This document shows positions 42,990-51,840 of a stretch of 64,000 nucleotides of DNA, one piece after another. Under the pieces are notes generated by a model. It ran no database searches and was not told the origin of the DNA. It saw only the letters and a list, made by a program, of their open reading frames with translations. The position numbers were made by a program, and so were the translations under genes. The stretch's first letter is position 1; each line of letters opens with the position of its first letter. The stretch comes from an uncultured Verrucomicrobiae bacterium (lineage in GTDB: Bacteria; Verrucomicrobiota; Verrucomicrobiia; Limisphaerales; Palsa-1400). Where the stretch lies: contig CAWGST010000003.1 in NCBI GenBank assembly GCA_963825315.1, forward strand, positions 7,743 to 71,742, read 5' to 3'.

Positions 42990-43502
42990 GTATTTTCTCC
43001 TTCCTGCATCGTTTACTGGGTTCAGAATTTACATGCTGTTTTTAGATGGTTTGAAGCTTTTCCGTGCCATGCGGGGCTGTCTTAGAAAAATGACATTTTA
43101 TCTTCATTTTTGATGGTTGCCGCCTCGTTTTCCATAGCCGGGATGGTGCGACGGCGGAGGTTGCGTGAAAAACCTTCTCCTTGAATCGAACCTTTTGTGA
43201 AATGAACCGCCGCAGAAACTGCCCTTTCTGGATACAACCATTGCACGGGCATTGAAAGCTCACCCCGATGGAACCAACCGCCTGAAAGTTTGATCTCATC
43301 CTAAATTCCGACTGCCGCAGTCATTTTCCCACGCCAACATCTTTTTCGGAACATGCGGATTGAAACAAAATCAAGCGCCCGTTGCAAGCCTGAAAATCTT
43401 GAAAAATCAGGGTATCCAGAGAAAGATTTTCCTGTCGGCGGTGTCACGGCTTGGTTGCCGCCTTTATTTACAAGCTCCCAATGATTTGGTCAGAACCGCC
43501 CT

Positions 43503-43539
43503 GAGATTAAGATTAGGATTACGATTAGGATTAGGAGCC
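43503..43539. repeat. (ATTAGG/ATTAAG)n hexamer array ending GGAGCC
   Basis: GAGATTAAGATTAGGATTACGATTAGGATTAGGAGCC closely resembles the reverse complement of 21481-21516. Confidence 0.9.
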
Positions 43540-43858
43540 GGAAACTGGCCCCGATCTTTTTTTCACATGGACGGCATTTGTCCAGCCGGCCTAGTCATAC
43601 TGCCGGAATGAAAAACAGACATCCTTCGACGAAACCGAAAACTCAACCCCGGGTCCTGGCCTCTTTTGGCCGGGCCAATCTGGTCAGAATGGCCGGTTCC
43701 TGTTGCGAATTGCGCGGCGCTTCAGAGGACGATTTCACCGCCGCCAAGGAATGGATTTCCCTCTTCCTGCATGAGGCCGTCCTGTGCGACGCCCCCATTC
43801 TTCACGCTGATGGATAATCCAAATCTGAAATCTCAAATTTGAAATCCCCCATCCAGGT

Positions 43859-45638
43859 TCACAGGCGGGCGACGAGCAGTTCGCGCTGGAAAGTGAGTTC
43901 CTTGGGCAAATCCGCGTAAAGCTCGAAGAAAAGATCGTCGTGGGCCATGATTTCGCGCCGCCATTCCTCCAGGTTGATGGCCTGGGCCTGGGCCATTTTA
44001 GCCGCGTCGAAATCCTTCATCCCGGCCAGGTCGAAATCGTGCGGGCCGGGCACCCAGCCCAGCGCGGATTCCAAGGCATCGGCCCGGCCATGCGTCCGAT
44101 CCAGGATCCATTTGAGCACGCGCATGTTTTCGCCGAAACCGGGCCAGATGAATTTTCCACTTTCATCGCGGCGGAACCAGTTGACATGAAAAATGCGCGG
44201 CGGGACGGAAATCTTTTTGCGCATGCGCAACCAATGGTGCAGATAATGCCCCATGTTGTAACCGCAGAAGGGCAGCATGGCCATGGGATCGCGGCGCACT
44301 TTGCCCACCGCGCCCATCGCGGCGGCCGTGGTCTCGGAACTCAGCGTCGCCCCCATATAAACGCCGTGAATCCAGTTGAAGGCCTGATAGACCAACGGCA
44401 TGGTCGTGCCCCGGCGGCCCCCAAAAATGATGGCGCTGATCGGCACTCCGTTCGGGTCGTCTGCTTCGGGAGCGCAGGCCGGATTATTGCTCATGGGAGC
44501 GGCAAAGCGGCTGTTGGCATGTGCGGCCGGTTCCTTGCTGCCGGGTGTCCACGGGCGTCCCTTCCAATCGGTCAGTTGCGCGGGAGGCTCCTTGGTTTTG
44601 CCCTCCCACCAAACATCCAAGTCAGGCGTCAGGGCCACATTGGTATAAATGGTGTCGTGAGAAATGGTTTCCATCGCGTTGGGGTTGGTCTCGGCATTGG
44701 TTCCGGGCGCAACGCCAAAATAACCCGCCTCGGGATTGATGGCGTAGAGCCGCCCGTCGGCCCCCGGTTTCATCCAGGCGATATCGTCCCCGACCGTGCG
44801 AATTTTCCACCCGGCAAAATGGGGCGGGGGCACGAGCATGGCGAAATTGGTTTTGCCGCAGGCGCTGGGGAAGGCCGCGGCCACGAAGGTTTTTTCACCC
44901 GACGGCGATTCGGCGCTGAGGATGAGCATGTGTTCCGCCAGCCAGCCTTCTTTGCGGGCCAGCCACGAGCCAAGGCGCAAGGCAAAACATTTTTTGCCCA
45001 GCAAGACGTTGCCTCCATAGTTGGAGCCGGTCGAGATGATCGCGTTGTCTTCCGGGAAATGCGCGATGTAACGCCGTGCCGGATCGGCCTCGAGCATGAC
45101 AATGCAGGCCGCGATTGAAATCCTCGCTCTGCCCCAGGTGTTCGAAGGCAATCCGGCCCATGCGCGTCATGATCCGCATGCTCAACACCACGTAAAGCGA
45201 GTCGGTCAGTTCCAGGCCGACTTTTGTCAGGGTGGAACCGGGCGGTCCCATCAAATACGGAATCACATAGAGGGCGTGTCCGCGCATGCCTCCGGCGCAG
45301 AGGGCATGGAGCTTGCGGTACATCTCCCTGGGCGCGGCCCAATGATTGGTCGGACCGGCGTCCTCCTCGGCGGAAGTGCATATAAAAGTGCGATCCTCAC
45401 TGCGGGCCACGTCGTCCGGTTTGGAACGGTGATAATAACAGCCCGGCAGTTTCTGCTGGTTGAGCTTGAGCAAAATCCCCTGGGCCAGCGCTTCTTCCGT
45501 CAGCCTTTTCTTTTCCTCCCCGGACCCGTCGCACCAGACTATTTTATCCGGTTGGCACAACGCCGCCATTTCCTCGACCCAGCGAATGACGGCCTCATTG
45601 GTGGTGTTGGGCGGGTTCATCTTGTATATCATTGCCAT
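43859..45638 (-). CDS. pckG: Phosphoenolpyruvate carboxykinase (GTP) with one apparent +1 frameshift near 45098-45106
   Basis: The N-terminal frame reads ...WCDGS..E...[22 protein letters not shown]...YVIPYLMGP. The C-terminal frame reads ...[32 protein letters not shown]...[12 protein letters not shown]...[19 protein letters not shown]. 1,780 - 1 nt gives 593 codons. Confidence 0.88.
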
Positions 45639-45683
45639 CAAACATATCGCAAGGCGGCGCTTAAAGTCAAAGATTGTATGGGG

Positions 45684-47103
45684 TTAATCGTTGTACGCGC
45701 TCTCGCCGTGCTGCGTCTGGTCCAATCCCGAACCCTCCTCCTCCGGCGTCACCCGCAGGTCGGCCAGCGCGCTGACAAGCTTGAGGATGACAAACGTTCC
45801 CGACGGCGGCGAGAACCACGGTGAAGATCAGCCCGCGAAATTGATTGCCCAACTGCGCCGGGCCTCCGGCCAGCGACACCACCTTGCCGCCGGCGGTGAA
45901 GGTGTTCCCGATGGCCGCGTTGACGTCCGCGCTCGCGAACAACCCCACCATGAGCAAGCCCGTCGCGCTTCCAACGGCGTGAACGCCGAAGACATCGAGC
46001 GAATCGTCGTAGCGCAACGACGCTTTTTGAGTTTGCTCACCGCCAGTGTAGCAAAACACCCCGCCTGTCAATCCTATTAAAAAGGCCGCCGGGACCGTCA
46101 CGAAACCCGAGGCGGGCGTGATCGTGGCCAGGCCCGCGACCATGCCGGAAGCGACGCCGAGCACGCTGGGCTTGCCCTTGAGGCGCCATTCGGTCACTCC
46201 CCATCCCAGCGCCGCGGCGGCCGCCGAAAAATGCGTTGCCGCAAACGCGCTGCTGGCCAGCGCGCCGGCGTTGAGCGCGCTGCCGGCATTGAAACCAAAC
46301 CAGCCCACCCACAAAAGTCCCGCGCCGATCAGGCTGAGGACGACATTGTGCGGGGGCATCGGCTCGGCAGGGAAACCGATCCGCTTTCCGAGCACCACCG
46401 CGCAGACCAGGGCCGAAACGCCCGAACTGACATGGACCACCATGCCGCCGGCGAAATCGAGCACGGGATACCGGCCGCCATTGCTCCAATTAAACAGGCC
46501 GCCCCGGCCCCAAACCATGTGGCACAACGGGAAATAAATGAACGTCACCCACAGCACCATGAACAGGACGTAAGCCTTGAACCTCATCCGTTCCGCAATC
46601 GCGCCGCTGATGAGGGCCGGCGTGATGATGGCGAACATCATTTGAAACAGCATGAAGCTCTCCTGCGGGATCGTCGGCGCATAGGCCGGATTCGGCGCGG
46701 CCCCCACGCCTTTGAGCATGAAATACTGAAACGGATTTCCGAAAAACGGGTTCCCTTCCCCGAAGGCCATGCTGTAGCCGTACACCATCCACAAGGCCGA
46801 GACCAACGCCATCAAGATCAGGCTTTGCATCATCGTGCTCAGGACGTTCTTGCGCCGCACCAATCCGCCATAGAAAAGAATCAAACCCGGCGCCGTCATC
46901 ATGAGCACCAGCGCGGCGCTGGCCAGCACCCAGGCGTTATCGCCCGCGTTGATGAGCGGAGCCTGGCGGCTGGCCGCCTCCAACCGGGCGACGCGCTGCT
47001 CCATCGTGGCCGCGCCTTGCGCATAAACCGGGTTGAGAAATGCGGGCAGGAGCCAGCAGACCAGAGCGGCGGAGACCCACCGCGGAAGACCAATTTTTTT
47101 CAT
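45684..47103 (-). CDS. amt: Ammonium transporter (Amt family) with one apparent +1 frameshift near 45794-45802
   Basis: Signal plus 11 TM helices, with DFAGGMVVHVSSG and FGVHAVGSATG motifs. The conserved tail TFVILKLVSALADLRVTPEEEGSGLDQTQHGESAYND* lies in the next frame. 1,420 - 1 nt gives 473 codons. Confidence 0.88.
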
Positions 47104-47194
47104 GAACCCTGAAATCTTAACCCAGTGCGTCCCCTCCCGGTCAAATTAAAATCTCATGCTTCCGCGCCGGCCTGTTCTGTTGTAACTTGCCGTC

Positions 47195-48151
47195 ATGTCG
47201 CAGCCCGAAGAAAAGGCGGGGCCAGCCGCCGATGCCCGGATTTTGGAGTTTCTTCGCCATCTGGCCGCCGATCAGGACGCCTCCATTTACACGCAAAGAA
47301 ACTATCGCCAGGCCCTGCTTGAATTCTTTGCCTGGTTCAAAAAACAGCGCGGAACCGTCCCGGACTGGTCCGTCTTGCGCCGGGACGACTTTCGCGATTT
47401 TCTCCGCTTTCTCGGCCGCGGCCAATTGAGCCGCGCCGCCATTCAACTCCGCTTTTCCGCCCTGCGTTCCTTTTACAAATTTTTGATTCGCAACGGCGCG
47501 GCCGGCGTTTCGCCGATCAGGAATCTTTCGCTGCCCCAACCGCAAAAACGCCTGCCCCTATTCCTGACGGTGGAACAATTGCAGGACCTGCTCGAAGCGC
47601 CCGGCGTGGAATTGCGCCGCGACGCGGAGAAAGGCGAAGCGGACGCCAGCCTTTACTTTCGCGACGCCGCCATTTTGGAGGTCATTTATTCCTGCGGCTT
47701 GCGCGTCAGCGAGCTTTGCCGGCTTTGCGCCGCTGATATTGACTGGTCCCAACAAGTGGTGTGCGTGCGCGGCAAGGGAAAAAAGGAACGGCTCGTTCCC
47801 ATTGGCGCGCCCGCCCTGGAAGCGATCCGCGCCTACTGGAAACATCGAACCGCCCTGGTCCAGGGCGGCCAGGCGGTTTTTTCCGCGCGCCCGAACAAAA
47901 CAACTCCGCTCTCGCCGCGCACGGTGCAAATGCGCCTGAAGAAGTATCTTTGCTCAGCCGGCCTGGACCCCAACATGACGCCGCACAAATTGCGCCACAG
48001 TTTCGCCACCCACCTGTTGGACGCCGGCGCGGATTTGCGCAGCGTCCAGGAACTGCTGGGCCACGCCCATTTGGTCACGACCCAGGTCTATACCCATATC
48101 ACGACCGAGCGATTGAAGCGCGCCTACGACCAGGCGCACCCGCGCGCCTGA
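47195..48151 (+). CDS. xerC: Tyrosine recombinase, XerC/XerD-like
   Basis: N-terminal SAM-like domain (YTQRNYRQALLEFFAWF). Catalytic region with GLRVSELCRL, KGKKERLVPIG, HKLRHSFATHLLDAGADLRSVQELLGHAHLVTTQVYTHI. Confidence 0.85.
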   Translation: MSQPEEKAGPAADARILEFLRHLAADQDASIYTQRNYRQALLEFFAWFKKQRGTVPDWSVLRRDDFRDFLRFLGRGQLSRAAIQLRFSALRSFYKFLIRNGAAGVSPIRNLSLPQPQKRLPLFLTVEQLQDLLEAPGVELRRDAEKGEADASLYFRDAAILEVIYSCGLRVSELCRLCAADIDWSQQVVCVRGKGKKERLVPIGAPALEAIRAYWKHRTALVQGGQAVFSARPNKTTPLSPRTVQMRLKKYLCSAGLDPNMTPHKLRHSFATHLLDAGADLRSVQELLGHAHLVTTQVYTHITTERLKRAYDQAHPRA

Positions 48152-48184
48152 AAAAGAATGCCGCATATCCCCTTGAAAATGAAA

Positions 48185-48258
48185 TGCCAGCGAGTGGAAT
48201 CGAACCACTGACCTCGGGCTTATGAGTCCCACGCTCTAACCAACTGAGCTACGCTGGC
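48185..48258 (-). tRNA. tRNA with CAT anticodon (Met; a lysidine-modified Ile2 cannot be excluded)
   Basis: Cloverleaf folded by hand: acceptor GCCAGCG/CGCTGGC, D arm GCTC-AGTTGGTTA-GAGC, anticodon loop CTCATAA, T arm AGTGG-TTCGATT-CCACT, discriminator A, no encoded CCA. Confidence 0.9.
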
Positions 48259-48308
48259 CCAACCGGGTTATATTTCGCGAAGAACAATGCCGCTGTCAAA
48301 TGCGATTT

Positions 48309-48350
48309 AAAAACAAAAAGCCCCTGTCCAGCCTTGCGACTGAACAGGGG
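48309..48350 (-). terminator. Rho-independent terminator (minus strand)
   Basis: In the minus sense the sequence is CCCCTGTTCAGTCGCAAGGCTGGACAGGGG followed by CTTTTTGTTTTT. It has a 7-bp outer stem plus inner pairs and a GCAA loop. Confidence 0.75.
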
Positions 48351-49290
48351 CAAATTGGGGTCTGGGAGTTCGCCATGCTCTCTTTCCCACGCTGACATTA
48401 GGCGCACCCTTGCGGGGCTGCCAGCTTCCCGACGCCATTCTCCACGGCAAGCGGAGTTTCCGGCCTCATAGCAGGGCCGTCCAGCGCCTTGCGGTCGCTG
48501 AATTATTGAGTGAGGCCTCTTAGCTCGCTTGGGCTGGCGCTTGCGGACGCCGGCTTGCGAACCAGGGCAAGACACGTATGCGACTTTGGATTCGCGTCTT
48601 GACCATTTGCGCTGGGTCGGCCACCGCTTTTGGCGATGCGTTGGCCCAGTGCCACGGGTCTGACCTCTTATCTCTCAGGTTGCCTTTCGTCACATGCCGG
48701 CGGTGTCGTTTGTAACATCGCCTGCATCTTGGAAGGTTTTTACAAGCCTTGCCTTGGCTGTGTCTCCTTCCCGGTGCGAATGCTCACTTTGTCCCGCCTT
48801 TCGGCGTCTTTCTTTGGGCTGGCCTTGGGTTCAAGACCGCCAGAGTCACCCGCCCCGTGCTGATGCACAGTAGCAACCTTTTACCCTCCGGGTAACTGCG
48901 ATTGGCTCAGGCCTGAAACCGGCCTGAACTACTTGACTCAACTTGGAACGGCTTCTGTTTCGTTCCTTGTCGCTCAGTTCCTGCTTCGCGTTACTGACAG
49001 CGCGCGAACGCCGCCAGAGGAACTGGTGAATACTGCCTCCGGTCTCCGCCTCTTGCAAGGCGGACTTAGAGGGGTTGGGCCAACCAGCCTGACTCAACCT
49101 TTCCCCAGTCACCTGGGATCATCCTTGGAACTCCGGCAATTTTCTTTCGTCCACCACCGTCATTCCAGCTCTTTCAATGAACTGCGAAGATCATGGCACA
49201 ATTCTTTTGCGATGAATACTAAATCTTATCCACAGGGTTATTCACCATCGCCAAATCTTATTCACAACCCGCCATCGCCACAAAAATCAA
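48351..49290 (-). ncRNA. Candidate large structured non-coding RNA (unidentified class)
   Basis: About 940 nt with no credible ORF in six frames, although flanking genes are tightly packed. The region is dense in local hairpins, including C-GCAA-G loops, and ends at the terminator above. The strand was inferred from GNRA loops and terminator polarity. Confidence 0.35.
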
Positions 49291-49508
49291 TACGGACGGC
49301 GCTTTTGCGCGCATGCGATTCTCCGGCCGCGGCGCGGCGATGGACCGCCCCGGCGCCGATGGTGGATAAGTTTTAAGCCGGAAATGCGCCGGAAACTGCA
49401 TCCACGCCCGAATTCAGGCTTTTTTCTTGTCCTGGCCGCCGTTTTTTTCCGTTTGATGTAGGCGACGCGGCGTTTGCGTTTCACGACTTTATTTGTTTGC
49501 TGGCCCAT
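49287..49508 (-). CDS. Hypothetical very basic small protein (uncertain)
   Basis: ATG preceded by GGAAGAAAG. The N-terminus is MGQQTNKVVKRKRRVAYIKRKKTAARTRKK. The rest is Arg/Gly/Pro-rich and may be non-coding read-through. Confidence 0.25.
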   Translation of the reverse strand: MGQQTNKVVKRKRRVAYIKRKKTAARTRKKPEFGRGCSFRRISGLKLIHHRRRGGPSPRRGRRIACAQKRRPY

Positions 49509-49552
49509 ATATCTTTACTTTCTTCCAAAAATGCGTTCTTTAATGGCGCACT

Positions 49553-50191
49553 ATGAAGAGCCGGCACCGTTCATTCAACATCTATTTTGCGCTGGTCTGC
49601 CTTGCCCTGGCCGGCGGTTGCGCCGCGACCATGGATGTCAAGAAGAAAACAAACCCCAAAAAAGAGCAGTCCACCATCCGCCTGTACCTGGAAGGGCAGA
49701 AAGCGGACAGAATGACCGCCGGCACAGTGCTGGTCACGAGCAACAGAATCCCCTTTACAGTCCAACGCGAGCCTTTTCTGGACGAAGGGGACTTGAGCAA
49801 GGCCTCGATAGTTGATGATGCGGATGGCAGTTTTTACATTCAACTGGTGTTCAACGATCACGGGACATTGTTGCTGGATATGTACACCTCCGACAACAAA
49901 GGCAGGCACATCATCGTCTTCTCTCAATTTCCCACGCCCGGCCAAAAGGCCCATCAGGCAAAGAAAAAGGCGGACGTTTCGGATGACTCGGATTTGGTGG
50001 ATAAAAGCAATGCCGAGCCGCCTTCCGCCGCGCCCCGATGGTCCGGCTGGCTTGCCGCGGTGTTGATTCGGGACCGCATCTCCAACGGCATGTTCCGCTT
50101 CACCCCGGACGCCTCCCGCGCGGAGGGCCTTCGCATTGTGCGGGGACTGAGAAATGTCATTGGCAAGGAAAAGAAAAAGGAACAATTTTAG
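49553..50191 (+). CDS. Hypothetical lipoprotein
   Basis: Lipobox ALAGGC at the end of the signal peptide (MKSRHRSFNIYFALVCLALAGGCAAT). 212 aa with no family recognised. Confidence 0.6.
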   Translation: MKSRHRSFNIYFALVCLALAGGCAATMDVKKKTNPKKEQSTIRLYLEGQKADRMTAGTVLVTSNRIPFTVQREPFLDEGDLSKASIVDDADGSFYIQLVFNDHGTLLLDMYTSDNKGRHIIVFSQFPTPGQKAHQAKKKADVSDDSDLVDKSNAEPPSAAPRWSGWLAAVLIRDRISNGMFRFTPDASRAEGLRIVRGLRNVIGKEKKKEQF

Positions 50192-50221
50192 GCAATCATC
50201 TCCCCAATCTTTTCGATTGAT

Positions 50222-51226
50222 GTGAACAAGATTTTTCTCTCCGGCCTGTTTCTTTTCGCGCGGCTCGCGGCCCTGGCGCAACCGTTTCATTTGCCCACGG
50301 CCAATCAGGCCTTGTTCGAGAAAGGCGGGGAGGAGAAGTTTTTTGTTGGGACCTCCGGCCATTCCTGGACGAGCGGGTGCTTTGGATGCGTTCGTTCCGG
50401 CGGCCGGCAAATGCACGAGGGCCTGGACATCAAATGCCTGCAACGGGACAAGCGCGGCGAACCGTCCGACCCGGTCCTGGCCACGGCCGACGGCACGGTG
50501 GCGTATATGAACAACCGGCCCTCCCTTTCCAATTACGGCCGGTACATCGTTCTGCGTCACGTCATCGGCGGCCTTGAAGTTTATTCCCTCTACGCCCACC
50601 TGGCGGAATTCGCCGGCGGCCTCAAAGCGGGCCAGGCGGTGAGCGCCGGCGAAAAAATCGCCGTGATGGGCCGCACCAGCAACACGCGCGCAGGCATCTC
50701 CAGGGAACGCGCCCATGTCCACTTCGAGCTGAATCTTTTTTACAACGATCATTTCAGCGCCTGGTTCAAAAGGCATTATCCGAAGGAGCATGACGATCAC
50801 GGGATTTGGAACGGACAAAACCTGGTCGGCTTTGATCCGCGCCTGATCTTCCTGGCCCAGCGCGAAGAAGGCCCGCATTTCGACCTCGCGCGCTGGCTGC
50901 AACAGCGCACCGAGATTTGCCGCGTCCTGGTGCGAAAAACCGATTTTTCCTGGCCCAAGCGCTATCCCATGCTGGTGCAAAACGACCCGGCCCTGCCGCG
51001 GGAGCGAATCGCCGGTTACGAAATGGCGCTCGATTTCAACGGTCTGCCCTTCCAATTGATCCCCCGCGCCGCCTCGCAAATGAAAGGGACCGCCAAGTAC
51101 CAACTGCTCTCGGTCAACGAAGCCGAATACACCAAAAATCCCTGCCGCAGGCTGGTGACGCGCCGGGGCGCCCATTGGCAACTGGGCGGAGAGGGCGTCA
51201 ATTTGCTGGATTTGCTGACCAACTGA
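50222..51226 (+). CDS. M23-family metallopeptidase
   Basis: GTG start and signal peptide. HEGLDIK...GTVAY...GRYIVLRH...YSLYAHL...RAHVHFEL fits the HxxxD / HxH zinc-site pattern of M23 peptidases. Confidence 0.8.
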   Translation: MNKIFLSGLFLFARLAALAQPFHLPTANQALFEKGGEEKFFVGTSGHSWTSGCFGCVRSGGRQMHEGLDIKCLQRDKRGEPSDPVLATADGTVAYMNNRPSLSNYGRYIVLRHVIGGLEVYSLYAHLAEFAGGLKAGQAVSAGEKIAVMGRTSNTRAGISRERAHVHFELNLFYNDHFSAWFKRHYPKEHDDHGIWNGQNLVGFDPRLIFLAQREEGPHFDLARWLQQRTEICRVLVRKTDFSWPKRYPMLVQNDPALPRERIAGYEMALDFNGLPFQLIPRAASQMKGTAKYQLLSVNEAEYTKNPCRRLVTRRGAHWQLGGEGVNLLDLLTN

Positions 51227-51246
51227 TGCAGTTATATGTTCACACC

Positions 51247-51840
51247 ATGATTATGAATACTGTGCAAGCCAAAACATCAATTGAACCGCTCGAACTTCAC
51301 CGCCTGCTGGCGGAAGGCGGCCCCTCCCAATTGCTCGATGTCCGCACGCCGGGGGAGTTCGCCGCCGCGCATGTGCCGGGCGCGAAGCTGATCCCTCTCG
51401 ACGACCTCGACCCGGCCGCCTTTCAACGACAGCGCGGCGCGGAGGGAATTCCGGTCTATGTTCTCTGCCAGTCTGGCCAACGCGCCCGCAAGGCGATTGA
51501 AAAGCTCGAACGGGCCGGGGTTCACGGCTGCGTGCTGGTCGAAGGCGGCACACAGGGCTGGATGGACGCGGGGCTGCCGGTCGATCGCGGCCAAAGCAAG
51601 GTTTTGCCGCTGATGCGCCAGGTGCAAATCATCGTCGGCCTTGTTTCGGCTGTGGGCGCGGCTCTTGCGCTGGCCGTCCACCCGCTCTTTGCCATCATCC
51701 CGCTCGTCACCGGCTGCGGTCTGCTGTTTGCGGGAATGACGGGCCTGTGCGGCATGGCGCTGCTGCTGGCGAAAATGCCGTGGAATCGCGCCCAAACCTG
51801 CGGTTCTTGTTGTGCAACAAAAGCGGAGTCTGGTTTATGA
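51247..51840 (+). CDS. Rhodanese-domain protein with C-terminal DUF2892-like membrane segment (YgaP-like)
   Basis: LLDVRTPGEFAAAHVPGAKLIPL...VLCQSGQRARKA (active-site Cys loop), then two TM helices and a CGSCC tail. An alternative ATG lies at 51226. Confidence 0.78.
   Translation: MIMNTVQAKTSIEPLELHRLLAEGGPSQLLDVRTPGEFAAAHVPGAKLIPLDDLDPAAFQRQRGAEGIPVYVLCQSGQRARKAIEKLERAGVHGCVLVEGGTQGWMDAGLPVDRGQSKVLPLMRQVQIIVGLVSAVGAALALAVHPLFAIIPLVTGCGLLFAGMTGLCGMALLLAKMPWNRAQTCGSCCATKAESGL

Noticed and set aside
43578-43817. 79-aa ORF between the LamG gene and pckG as a real small gene
   Set aside because: It has no recognisable motif and lies amid repeat arrays. Support is insufficient without conservation data.
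47195-48258. XerC-like recombinase next to tRNA-Met as the integrase/att of a genomic island
   Set aside because: The recombinase has the housekeeping XerC/D pattern. The genes beyond it (amt, pckG) are core genes with normal GC. I saw no direct repeat of the tRNA 3' end in the window.
48300-49290. Identifying the ORF-free region as RNase P RNA, tmRNA, SRP RNA or a group II intron
   Set aside because: I found no GAGGAAAGUCC / ACAGAACCCGGCUUA pair in the right order, no tRNA-like 3' end or tag ORF, no SRP GGAA/AGCA domain, and no GUGYG 5' end or domain V. The class is left open.
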